Below the pieces are notes generated by a model. That model had not been told where the DNA came from and did no database searches. It worked only from the letters and a program-made list of their open reading frames with translations. Positions 1-12,281 of a DNA stretch of 64,000 nt are shown piece after piece; positions within the stretch are counted from its first letter, which is position 1, and each line of letters begins with the position of its first letter. A program made the translations under genes and the position numbers. Source of the DNA: an uncultured delta proteobacterium (GTDB lineage Bacteria; Myxococcota_A; Polyangia; Polyangiales; Polyangiaceae); the NCBI GenBank assembly GCA_963806225.1, contig CAWDXG010000004.1, forward strand, positions 1,664,001 to 1,728,000, written 5' to 3'.

Positions 1-1
1 C

Positions 2-142
2 CCGATCGTGATGGTGACCAGCAAGGACGCCCGCATCGACACGCTGCGCGGTTTCGACGCCGGAGCCGATGCCTACCTGACGAAGCCGTCGGACGCCCGG
101 GAGCTGATCCGCACGATCGACGCGCTTCTGGCCCGCCGTTGA
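2..142 (+). CDS. C-terminal part of a response-regulator receiver domain (gene truncated by window edge)
   Basis: Frame 2 reads PIVMVTSKDARIDTLRGFDAGADAYLTKPSDARELIRTIDALLARR*; the T/S and GADAYLTKP motifs are typical of REC domains. Confidence 0.85.
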   Translation, partial: PIVMVTSKDARIDTLRGFDAGADAYLTKPSDARELIRTIDALLARR

Positions 143-285
143 TCATTGCCGCAAATGACGAATCCGGCACGAATCCAGCTAGATCCATGCCTTGACGCGG
201 CTGGATCGCGATATGGATCGCCCCCAGCACTGGAAATGCGACCGGATTTGGGATAGGCCATCGGCCTCTTCGCAACGCACCGCGC

Positions 286-386
286 TCGAGGTGCATGGCG
301 ACGGGAAGCTGGGGCAGACCGGCTCCGGAACATTCCGGGCGACCCGCGCCAGCTTCCGGCGCTCGCCAGGCTCGATGCGGTGCACC
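286..386 (+). promoter_or_regulatory. SAH-riboswitch-like leader upstream of metK
   Basis: TCGAGGTGCATGGCGAC...GCCAGGCTCGA..CGGTGCACC parallels the SAH aptamer pattern CGAGGAGCGCTGCGAC...GCCAGGCTCG...CGGCGCTC. Pseudoknot 291-296/380-385 is preserved by compensatory changes. Confidence 0.55.
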
Positions 387-436
387 GCGACATCCGTCAA
401 TCCTCGCGGAGGGACCGCGAATCTACGGGAGTTCGA

Positions 437-1738
<1,302 letters not shown>

Positions 1739-1762
1739 CACCACGCGCTGAAGCGGGCGTGG

Positions 1763-1803
1763 CGACAGGCCACCGGACACGCGCCGGTGGCCTGTCGTGT
1801 TTC
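1763..1803 (+). terminator. Intrinsic terminator-like hairpin after metK
   Basis: 14-bp stem CGACAGGCCACCGG/CCGGTGGCCTGTCG followed by TGTTT. Confidence 0.65.
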
Positions 1804-2055
1804 CGGCATCACGTTGCCGAGCGCGCGCGCTGTGTCCGGACGCGCACGCTTCAATTTTCTCATGCCGGTGCGTACTCCCACCGACAAAACGCGTCGAGCG
1901 CGCAGCGGGACGCCGCCGGGCGCGTGACACCCGTCTCGTCGGCCGGCTAATCTGCTCAAGTTCGGGTGCGGCCGGCACGGCGCAGGGTCCAGGGCTTCCC
2001 ATGTAGCGCCCAGCGAGCGTGCCGGTACTGGCCTGCGTAGCGGAGGCGGAGTGGC

Positions 2056-3308
2056 ATGATTCGTTCCTTTGTTGTCGGGGCTGGGAGCATTGGCTTGTGA
2101 TTGCCGGAGGCCTTTTGGGTGCTCGGTCGACCTCGGGCGGCAGCCACATCGGCGGCGCGGCGGCGGCGCGCAGCGGCGCGCTGAGCGGCTCCGGCGGCAG
2201 CGGCGGCACCATCAATCTCGGCGGCTCCGGCGCCGGCGGCGGGTCCAAGCTCACCGGCACGCCCGAACTGCGACCACTGGGACCCCGACAGCGATTTCGA
2301 CGGCGACGGCTACACCGTGAGCCAGGGCGACTGCAACGACTGCACCGCGCAGATGAACCCGGGCGCCTACGACTACCCGGGCAACGGCGTGGACGAGGAC
2401 TGCGACGGCATACCCGACGACGAGCCCACCGGGTGCGACAAGCAGACCGTCGACATCGCCTACAACGACCCGATGGCGGCCGCGAAGGCGATTGGTCTGT
2501 GCCGCGTGGCCAAGGGGAAGCAGCTGGGGCGTGGTCAGCGCGAAGTACGTCAAGGCCGACGGCAACGCCGGGCATGAACGACGTGTCGCACGGCCTCCTG
2601 CCGGGCTTCGGCCCGACCGTGCACCCGCGCCAGGGGAGCACGCTGCTGGCGCTGTCGAGTGGCGCGGCGCGGCGACCCGGCGACCCGGGATTCCACACTC
2701 CCGGCGAGCCCAGTGCCTGTGCGGCGACCAGACGGGAACGCACAGCCAGACGCCGCCCGGCTTCCCCATCGACTCGCCCTCCTGCAACGGCGTCCAGACG
2801 GCGAACGACCACACCGCCCACGACCCGGCCGCGCTCGAGCTGACGATCAAGACGCCGACTCGAACGCGAACCAGTTCGGCTTCGACTTCGACTTCTACAC
2901 GGTCGAGTACCTCGTGTACGTCTGCTCGAAGTTCAACGACTTCTTCGTCGCGCTGGTGTCGTCCGCCGCCTTCCAACGCGCAGAGCGGGAACATTTCCTT
3001 CGACAGCAAGGGCAACCCCGTCAGCGTCAACAACGGCTTCCTCGAGGTGTGCTCGCCCGGGTCGACCAGCGGCAAGAGCTTCACCTGCCCGAAGGGCACT
3101 GCCGAGCTCGCAGGGCACCGGCTTCGAGGGCCATGCGGCCACGGGCTGGCTGCACACGAGCGCGCCCGTCCCGGCCGGGCAAGACATCAAGGTGCGATTC
3201 GCCATCTGGGACATGGGCGACGAGATCCTCGATTCCACGGTCCTGATCGACAACGTCACCTGGGACGTCGGCCAGGGCGACGCCAACACGCAACCCGTTC
3301 CGCAATAG
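2056..3308 (+). CDS. Secreted Gly-rich protein with DGDG/DCND-NPGA-DEDCDG putative metal-binding motif and choice-of-anchor-L-like domain (frameshifted), paralog 1
   Basis: RBS GGAGG and ATG at 2056. Pieces DFDGDGY..GDCNDC..MNPGAYDYPGNGVDEDCDG, FDFDFYTVEY and RFAIWDMGDEILDSTVLID; colinear with the next gene. Confidence 0.7.
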
Positions 3309-3323
3309 CCCCTGGACACCACC

Positions 3324-4600
3324 ATGAAGCAAACCCAGCTCATCCTCGGGGGACTCGCGAGCGTAGCGCTCGCGCTCGGCTGCTCCGCGAACACCGGGGG
3401 CAGCCATTTCACAGCGGCACTCCGGGCGGTGGCAGCGGAGGCAGCGCCGGTTCCACGGGTGGCGGGCTCGGCGGCTACGGGGCGACCCCGGGCTCCGGCG
3501 GCGGCTCGACGGGCGGCAATCTCAATCTGGGCGGCGCGAATGGGGGCGGCACCGGCGGCGGCCAGTCGAGCTGCAACCCGACGCAGCCCGATCAGGACGG
3601 CGACGGCTTCACCGTGGCGCAGGGCGACTGCAACGACTGCGATCCCAACGCCAACCCGGGCGCGTACGACGTTCCCGGCGACAAGATCGACGAAGACTGC
3701 GACGGCACGCCGGACAACGCGCCGACGAGCTGCGACGGCAAGATCGTCGACATCGGCTACGGCGATCCGATGGACGCGGCACGCGCGATCGGGCTCTGCC
3801 AGCAGACGACGCAGAACTCGAAGAAGTGGGGCGTCATCTCCGCCGAGTACGTCAAGGCCGACGGCTCGACGGGCATGAACCAGCTCTCGCACGGTCTCCT
3901 GCCCAACTTCGGACCCAACGTGCACGTCCAGGAAGGCAAGCGCATGCTGATGCTGTCCAGCGGCACGGCGCGGCGCCCCGGCGACCCGGGCTACGTGAAT
4001 GCGGGCACCGCCCCGATGGGCACCACCAGCTCCACGCCACCCGGCTTCCCGATCGACTCGCCCTCGTGCCCGCCGGGCACCATCACGGCCAACGACCACT
4101 CGGCGAACGATCCGGCAGCGCTGCAGCTCAGCATCCGCGTCCCGACGAACGCCAAGAGCTTCAAGTTCCAGTTCGACTTCTACACCTAGGAGTACCCGGG
4201 CTACATCTGCACCAAGTACAACGACTTCTTCGTCGTGCTCCAGAACCCGGCGCCGCCCAACTCGCAGAAGAGCAACATCTCCTTCGACAGCCAGGGCAAC
4301 CCCGTCAGCGTGAACAACGGCTTCCTCGAGGTCTGCGCACCCGGCACGCACGGCGGCAAGACGTTCCAGTGCACCAAGGGCACGAGCGAGCTGTCGGGCA
4401 CCGGCTACGCGACAGGCGCTGCCACCGGCTGGCTCGAGACGCAGTCGCCGGTGAAGCCCGGCAGCGTCATCCAGCTGCGCTTCGCGGTCTGGGACATGGG
4501 CGACCACGTCCTCAGCTCCAGCGCGCTGATCGACAACTTCACCTGGTCTGCCGACGCCGCCAAGGAACCCGGCACCAAGCCGGTCCCGGTTCCGCAGTAG
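3324..4600 (+). CDS. Lipoprotein paralog 2 of the preceding gene (one frameshift and an in-frame TAG at 4187-4189)
   Basis: Lipobox ALALGC; DQDGDGFTVAQGDCNDCDPNANPGAYDVPGDKIDEDCDG; NISFDSQGNPVSVNNGFLEVC nearly identical to paralog 1. Confidence 0.75.
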
Positions 4601-4628
4601 CAGCTCCGAGCGCCCCCTGGTGGGGCTG

Positions 4629-5530
4629 CTAGCGCACGCAGTTGCGGCCGGCGCTCTTGGCGGCGTAGAGCTGCGCGTCGGCTCGCTCGTAGAGGCGCTG
4701 CGCCTGTTCATCGCTGCCGGAGACGCGCTCCGCACAGCCCAGGCTCACCGTGACGGGGATCGTCGAGTCCTCGAACGTGAAACTCGCCGCCTCGACGGCC
4801 GCGCGGATGCGTTCGGCCGTTTCCTGGGCTGTCGAGAGCGGCGAACCGTTGCAGAGCACCGCGAACTCCTCGCCTCCGACCCGCGCCAGGAGCTGGCCCG
4901 CCGATACCTGCCCGGCCACGACGGCGGCGACCTGGCGCAGCACCGCGTCGCCGGCGGTGTGGCCGTGCGTGTCGTTGACCTGCTTGAAGTGATCCAGATC
5001 GAACACGATCAAGCTGATGGCGGTCGGGTTGAGACGCGAGCGCCACACGGCGTTGTTCAGGCTCTCCTCGAAGTGGCTCTTGTTGTGGATACCGGTGAGC
5101 CCGTCGAAGCGCATCGAGACGCTGGATTTCCTCGTGATACGCGCCTTCGATGTTGCCGCCCGCGATGTACTTGAGCAGGACCTTGCCGATCTGCGGCCGG
5201 TCTCCGTCCGACGAGCTCGCACTCGGTGATGCGCTTCTCGTTCACGTAGGTGCCATTGGTCGAGCCCAGATCCACCAGCTTGTGCGTCTGGCCGGTCCAC
5301 TCGACGCGCGCATGCCGGCGGCTCACCGAGTCGACGTCGAGCTGCAGTCCCGAGGTCGAACCCCGACCTATCTCGACCGGCTGCTCGCCCAGCGGGAGGC
5401 GCTGGCCGAGCTTCGGCCCCGTGATCACGACGAGATACGCCTGCTGCGGTCCGACTATCCGGATGGAGCCGCTGGCGTCACGGGTGATCGTGACCTCTAC
5501 GGTGGTTTCGTACAGATCGTGGTCGGCCAC
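4629..5530 (-). CDS. FHA-domain diguanylate cyclase (frameshifted)
   Basis: FHA motifs IGRG..SVSRRHA..DLGSTNGTYVN followed by DGLTG, DLDHFKQVNDTHGH and RVGGEEF. Confidence 0.9.
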
Positions 5531-5660
5531 GAGTAATCCCGAAGGGTATCACAGCCTTCTGGCGGCCGCGAGGCTGGCCGGGAAGGGCCCGCTCCTCTGC
5601 CACAGGAACGGCCCGGCCGCGCCGGGGGACCGCGGCGGCCGGGTGTTCGTCCACGGACGA

Positions 5661-7073
5661 TCAGATATCGAAATACAGGTGGAACTCGAGCGGCGTCGGG
5701 TAGAGCCGCGCCTGCTGCAGCTCGTGCTCGCGCTTGTAGTCGAGCCACATCTCGACCACGTCCTTCGTGAAGACATCGCCCTTGAGCAGGAACTCGTGGT
5801 CGCGCTCCAGCCCATCAAGTGCGTTCTCGAGGGAAACCGGCATCCGCGGAACCTCTTTCAGTTCCTCGGGCGACAGCGAGTAGATGTCCTTGTCCAGCGG
5901 ATCGCCCGGGTCGATCTTGTTCTGGATGCCGTCGAGGCCCGCCATCATCATCGCCGAGAAAGCGATGTACGGGTTGCAGGTTCCATCGGGGAAGCGCAGC
6001 TCGAGGCGGCGTGCCTTCGGCGAGGGCGAATAGGTCGCAATGCGGATCGCGGCCGAGCGGTTGCGGCTCGAGTACGCCAGGTTCACCGGCGCCTCGAAGC
6101 CCGGCACCAGCCGCTTGTAGCTGTTGGTGGTCGGGTTCGTTATCGCGGCCAGCGCCTTGGCGTGCTTGAGGATGCCGCCCACGTAGTAGAGCGCCATTTC
6201 GCTCAGCCCGGCATAGCCGTCACCGGCGAAGAGCGGCTTACCGTCCTTCCACAACGACTGGTGGCTGTGCATGCCGTTGCCGTTGTCGCCGTACATCGGC
6301 TTGGGCATGAAGGTGGCCGTCTTGTTGTTCTGGTAGGCCACGTTCTTCACGATGTGCTTGAACCACATCAGCTTGTCCGCCATGCGTGTCAGCGAATCGA
6401 AGCGCATGTCAATCTCGCCCTGACCGGCGGTGGCCACCTCGTGATGGCTGACCTCGACTTCAATGCCCACCGACTCCATCGCCAGGCAGATATCCGTGCG
6501 GATATCCATCTGCGTATCGTTCGGCGGACACGGGAAATAGCCTTCCTTGTGCCGGATCTTGTGCCCGAGGTTCGGCCCCTCGTCCTTGCCGGTGTTCCAG
6601 TCCGCTTCGACGCTGTCGATCTGGTAGAAGCTGCCCTTCGAGCCGGCCTCGTAGCGCACGTCGTCGAAGATGAAGAACTCCGCTTCGGGCCCGAAGAAGA
6701 CGGTGTCGGCGATGCCGGTCGACTTCAGGTAGGCCTCCGCCTTCTTGGCGATGTGGCGCGGGTCACGCGAGTAGTTCTGCCTCGTGATGGTGTCCTGCAC
6801 GGTGCACTGCAAAGACAGCGTGGGGTGCTTCGTGAAGGGATCCATCACCGCGGTGACGGGATCCGGGATCAGCAGCATGTCGCTCTGGTTGATGGGCTGG
6901 AAGCCGCGGATCGAGGAGCCGTCGAATCCGAAACCCTCCTCGAAGGACTCTACGGACAACCTCTTGAACGGCACGCTCGTGTGCTGCCACTTGCCCGGCA
7001 GATCGATGAACTTCAGGTCGACCATGACCGCGTCGTGCTTCTTGCCCAGCTCGATGACTTCTTTCGGTTCCAT
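5661..7073 (-). CDS. glnA: Glutamine synthetase type I
   Basis: [59 protein letters not shown], and the adenylylation-site region DKDIY. Confidence 0.97.
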   Translation of the reverse strand: MEPKEVIELGKKHDAVMVDLKFIDLPGKWQHTSVPFKRLSVESFEEGFGFDGSSIRGFQPINQSDMLLIPDPVTAVMDPFTKHPTLSLQCTVQDTITRQNYSRDPRHIAKKAEAYLKSTGIADTVFFGPEAEFFIFDDVRYEAGSKGSFYQIDSVEADWNTGKDEGPNLGHKIRHKEGYFPCPPNDTQMDIRTDICLAMESVGIEVEVSHHEVATAGQGEIDMRFDSLTRMADKLMWFKHIVKNVAYQNNKTATFMPKPMYGDNGNGMHSHQSLWKDGKPLFAGDGYAGLSEMALYYVGGILKHAKALAAITNPTTNSYKRLVPGFEAPVNLAYSSRNRSAAIRIATYSPSPKARRLELRFPDGTCNPYIAFSAMMMAGLDGIQNKIDPGDPLDKDIYSLSPEELKEVPRMPVSLENALDGLERDHEFLLKGDVFTKDVVEMWLDYKREHELQQARLYPTPLEFHLYFDI

Positions 7074-7116
7074 TTCGCTGTCTCTCCTGTCTCTTGCGCG
7101 TCCGCTGCCACGCTCC

Positions 7117-7593
<477 letters not shown>

Positions 7594-7749
7594 TCAGACT
7601 CGATTCGTGCGCATAAGCGCCCCGATCCTGTCCTTTCTGTCCCGCCCGGCAGCGCGAAGATGACGCTCGTCAAGCCCGCGCGCCGGTTCGGGCGCCCGGG
7701 TCGCTACGCGGCCACAAGGCTCGCCTCGTTCGGCTAGCATCCGGTCGAA

Positions 7750-8805
7750 GTGACAACGACTCCGCCCGTCGAGAACATCGGCCACTACCCGACCCCCGTA
7801 TTCCGCGCCGACGCACTATGCAGCGACGGGGCGGAGCTGTGGATCAAGAACGACGGCGTCGTCAACGACGTGTACGGAGGCAACAAGGTCCGCAAGCTCG
7901 AGCTCGTGCTGGCGGACGCGCTTCAGCGGGGTGCGCGCCGCATTGTCACGGTGGGTGCGTTCGGCAGCCACCACGTGCTCGCCACGACGGTGTTCGCGCG
8001 CCAGCGGGGGCTCGGCGTGGCAGCCGTACTGTGCCCGCAGCCGTGGACCGAGCATGCCGAGGCGACGCTGCGCGCCGGGCTCGGTCTGGGGCTGGAGGTG
8101 GTCACCGCTGGATCGATGGCGCGTGTGCCGCTGCACGTGCCGCGGCTGCTCCGGCGCGGCGACTACTTCGTGCCGCCGGGTGGCTCGAGCGTGCTGGGCA
8201 CGCTGGGCTACCTGCGCGCGGTCCGCGAGCTGGTCGGGCAGATCCGGGCAGGCGAGCTGCCGGAGCCGGACGTGATCGTGGCGCCGCTCGGATCCGGCGG
8301 TACCGTGGCCGGCCTGCTCGCCGGAGTCCGGCGCGAAGGCCTGCACTCGCAGGTGATCGGTGTACAGGTCGCAGTCGGCAGGATGGTCAGCGAGGCGATG
8401 GCGCTGACGCTGGCGTGGGCGGCCCTGCGCCGCGAGGGCATGGCCGGCAGCGGCCTGGGACTCGCGCGTCGGCTGGAGCTCGACGATTCCCATCGGGGCC
8501 GGGGCTACGGCTGGCCGACTCCCGCGGGTGAGCGCGCAAGCCAGCTGGCCAGCCGCGCCGGCCTCCAGCTGGACCCGACCTACACCGCGAAAACATTCGC
8601 GAAATCACTCGAGCTGGTGGGGAGTCCCGGTCCCGCCCGCGACGGGGGCCGGGCGCCGGGCCGAAAGGCCCGCAAGCCGGGGCAGCCGTTTCGCGTGCTC
8701 TACTGGCATACTCTTTCGGCCGCGCCGCTCGAGCCCCTCCTTTCGCGGGGCCCGGCTTCGGGCGAGCTGCCGGCCACGCTGCGTGACCTGTTCCTGCGAA
8801 GCTGA
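7750..8805 (+). CDS. PLP-dependent D-cysteine desulfhydrase / ACC deaminase family enzyme
   Basis: PTPV..LWIKND..YGGNKVRKLE, GSHH, PPGGS, GSGGTVAG, LDPTYTAK. Confidence 0.85.
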   Translation: MTTTPPVENIGHYPTPVFRADALCSDGAELWIKNDGVVNDVYGGNKVRKLELVLADALQRGARRIVTVGAFGSHHVLATTVFARQRGLGVAAVLCPQPWTEHAEATLRAGLGLGLEVVTAGSMARVPLHVPRLLRRGDYFVPPGGSSVLGTLGYLRAVRELVGQIRAGELPEPDVIVAPLGSGGTVAGLLAGVRREGLHSQVIGVQVAVGRMVSEAMALTLAWAALRREGMAGSGLGLARRLELDDSHRGRGYGWPTPAGERASQLASRAGLQLDPTYTAKTFAKSLELVGSPGPARDGGRAPGRKARKPGQPFRVLYWHTLSAAPLEPLLSRGPASGELPATLRDLFLRS

Positions 8806-8988
8806 CGCCCGTATAGTCCCAGAGCAGCCCTGCGCGCCTACATGACCGCCCGAAAATCGGAGACTGATCACGCATCGCGCTCGCTGTGCCGCAAGCGGGG
8901 GGGTCGTGGACCGAGAACGAAACGGACCGCGCTACCGACACCGCGGTCAACGCAGGGTCCGCGAAAAGCGTCGGGGGTGGTGATGTAG

Positions 8989-11590
8989 ATGCCGCCGCCC
9001 AATCGGTCAAAGGTCCCGATAGGTACCGTCCTGGAGGGAAAATTCCGCGTCACGAAGGAGATCGGTCGTGGCGGCATGGCGGCGGTGTACGAAGCCGAGA
9101 ACATCGACATCGGCAAACGCGTCGCCGTGAAGATCCTTGCGGCGGAGCTTCTGACCTCGCGCGTCGTCCGCGAGCGCTTCATCCGCGAGGCGCGCGCCTC
9201 CGCCGCCATCCGCAGTCCCCACATCTGCGATGTCTACGACAGCGGCATGTACGACGAGCGGCCGTTCCTCGTCATGGAACTGCTCGAGGGCGAGAGTCTG
9301 TACGACCTGCTCACGCGCAAGCACCGCCTCGACATCGACACCACGCTGACGGTCGCGACCCACTCGTGCCGCGGGCTCGCCAAAGCGCACGAGACTGAAC
9401 GTCGTGCACCGCGACCTGAAACCGGAAAACATCTTCCTCACGCGCAACGAGGAAGGCGAGACGATCGCGAAGATCCTCGATTTCGGTCTCGCCAAGTTCT
9501 ACGAGCCGACCGGCGGCGATGCCGAACAGGCCCGGCTGACGCGCGAAGGCGCGCTGTTCGGGACGCCGGCCTACATGAGCCCCGAGCAGGCCAAGGGCCA
9601 GGGCGAGGTCGACCACCGCTGCGACCTGTGGGCGCTCGGCTGCATCGTGTACGAGTGTCTGACAGGGCAGACGGTGTGGAACGTCGACCAGGGCGTCGCG
9701 ATGATCCTGGCCCAGATAGCGGGGGCGCCGATCCCGAAGCCCTCGCGCCTGCGTCCCGATCTTCCGCCGAGCTTCGAACCGTGGTTCCTCAAGGCGCTGG
9801 ACCGCGACCCGGAAAAGCGCTTCCAGACGGCCAAGGAGTTCGCCGAAGCGCTCGCTGAAGCGCTCAAGCCCCAGCCCGGCGCGACGCGCGCCCCGCTCGC
9901 CAGCACCGAGCTGGAGGGACGCGCGGTCGATGAGCTGATCAGCAGCGAGCTGGTCAGCGCGGAGCTCTTGAGCGCCTCCGGCAACCAGCCGCTGGTGGGG
10001 GCGCCTCCCGCGCCGAGCTCGCAACCCACCAGCACGCAGAACGTCGATCTGCCGCCGGCCTCGAGCGCCGCTCGCGGAAGCGAACGCGGCCCGGGCCGCG
10101 CCCTCGCGGTGCTTCTGGTGACCGCGCTTCTGGTTCTCGGTGGCTACGCGGTCTGGCTGTACGTGCTGCATCCCCCACCCCCGAAGGCCGTTGCAGCCGT
10201 GGCGCCGAGCGCACGACCCGCTGCCAGCGAGGACAGCGGCAAGCCGCACGAGTCGTTCAAGCCCCGGGAGAGCGACCCCTACGCACTGCAGATCGCCTCG
10301 GCACAGAGCTGGCTGCTTCGCGGCAACCGCGAAAACGCCATGAAGATGTTCAAGGAGGCGTTCAACAACGGCGGCACAGGCGTCTCGCGCTCGCTGCTCG
10401 CGCAGGCAGGCGTCGCTCTAGCCAAGAACGACGACCGTTGCCAGGTCACCGGACTCGGCCGTCCCCGGCCGTTCGATCTCGTGTCGCCCGTCTCGCGCCC
10501 GACGCTGGCATTGACACCGGTCGGACTGGTCGTCGCCTGGGTCGACACCCACCAGGACAAGACGCGCCGGCAGGGGTTCGCGACGGTGCTCGACAACGCG
10601 CTCCGGCGCGTCTCTCCTGCTCGTCTCATCACGCCCGAGTCGACGGCCGTACGGCACCCGCAGCTGCTCGCGGCGGGCAACCGCCTGGCGTTCATCTACT
10701 GGGACGGTGCCGGAGACGAACCCGGCGTGTACGTCCGCCTGCTCGAAACCGACGGCCGCATCGCCGGACCGGCTCGGCGCATCTCCGAGGTCAAGCGCAA
10801 CGAGTTCTATCCGGCTCTGGTCCGCGTGGGCGACGGCACGTTCTGGGCCGTGTGGGAAGAGGACGTCGATCCGGGCGGCGAGGATCTGATGGCCCGCCGA
10901 CTGAACGCGGATCTCGAGCCGATGCACAAGGCCGTGCGGCTCACGGCGTTCATCCACAAGCGCGCCAGCACCACGAGCGCCGGCAAGCCGGACGTGGCGA
11001 TAGCGCACGACCAACTCAACATCGTGTTCTCGCTGCAGCGCGGCAAGCAGGAGTCACAGATCATGCGCCTGCGGATCGCGCTCTCCGACCCCGCACTCGA
11101 GACAGGCGTGGTCGACGAAAAGCCGAAGAAGGGCAAGCACGGCAAGAAGAAACCGGAGGACCGCTTCATCGGGGATCTCCGCCCGGTCAGCACGGCGCAC
11201 GGAAAGAACGCCCAGCCCCGCATCGCCTGCACCAAGGAAGGCTGCTTCGCCGTGTGGGACGACGAGAAGGCCGGCGCCCTGGCCTCGTTCCTCGACCGGG
11301 AGAAGGGGCAGGCCATCTGGCGGCGCGAGTTCGCCAGCAAGGGCTCGCGGCCGGCCGTCGCAGCTTCCGCCGGCGGCGCCATGGTGGCGTGGTACGAGGC
11401 CTCCCGGGTCCGGCTCGCACGCATCACCCGCGACGGCATCGAGAAATCCAGCGTCCTGGCCCGGGTCAGCGGCTACCAGCCCTATCCGGCGATCGTTGCA
11501 GGATCCGAAGCCAACCAGTGGTACATCACCTGGAGGGACTACGAGGCCGGCCATCTGGAGGCCTTCGTGGCTCGTGCCAAGTGCAAGTGA
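8989..11590 (+). CDS. Membrane Ser/Thr protein kinase with large extracytoplasmic domain (frameshift near 9395)
   Basis: IGRGGMAAVY, VAVK, HRDLKPEN, DFG, GTPAYMSPEQ, then a TM segment (ALAVLLVTALLVLGGYAVWLYV). Confidence 0.9.
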
Positions 11591-11602
11591 CGAGAAGGAA
11601 CC

Positions 11603-12229
11603 ATGCGAAGCGGCCAACCTGAGGTCGCTGGTGCGCAACCGATGCCGACGCCGCAGATGTTGAGCATTCCATCCAGAGCCGCTTTGCGGAAATCCCCAAT
11701 CGAAACGCCGCGCGCGCTGCTCTTGCCCATCGACGCCGCGGACGGCCCGGAGATCTGGGCCGCCGTCGACAACTCGCGCTGGCACCTGGAGCGCTGGCTG
11801 CCGTGGGTGCCCTTCAACAACACGCCCGAAGCAAGCCAGCGCTATGCCGAGGCGTGCGCCGCAGACTGGGATGCGGGACGGGCGGTGCGTTTCGCGATCC
11901 GCGATCGCCAGACGCGCGAGCTGCTCGGTGTGGTCGGACTCGACTCCTGCGTGCACCTGCACCGTTCCTGCGAGCTCGGCTACTGGCTCAAGCGCGAAGC
12001 CACCAATCGCGGGCTGATGACCGAATCCGCGCGCGCCTGCGCCGAGTTCGCGATCCAGCGCATGGGCGTGCACCGCATCCGCTGCGCTGCCGCCACGACC
12101 AACTACCAGAGCCTGCGCGTGATCGGCCGCCTGGGCTTCCGCTTCGAGGGACTGGCGCGCCAGGCCGAGTTCGTGCAGAACCGCTGGCTCGACCACGCCG
12201 TGTTCGCCCGGCTCTCCACCGACGAGTAG
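11603..12229 (+). CDS. GNAT acetyltransferase, RimJ/RimL family
   Basis: HLERWLPWV, ELGYWL..NRGLMTE, N..SLRVIGRLGFRFEG. Confidence 0.85.
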   Translation: MRSGQPEVAGAQPMPTPQMLSIPSRAALRKSPIETPRALLLPIDAADGPEIWAAVDNSRWHLERWLPWVPFNNTPEASQRYAEACAADWDAGRAVRFAIRDRQTRELLGVVGLDSCVHLHRSCELGYWLKREATNRGLMTESARACAEFAIQRMGVHRIRCAAATTNYQSLRVIGRLGFRFEGLARQAEFVQNRWLDHAVFARLSTDE

Positions 12230-12281
12230 AGGTTCCGGTGCAGGTGGGCCGGCGGGACGCGAGTGGTAGCCTGGGGGGAAC

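Noticed and set aside
243..403. 6S RNA or SRP RNA suggested by the long rod-like fold upstream of metK
   Set aside because: No SRP domain IV motif and no clear 6S central bubble; the SAH-like motif and metK context explain it better.
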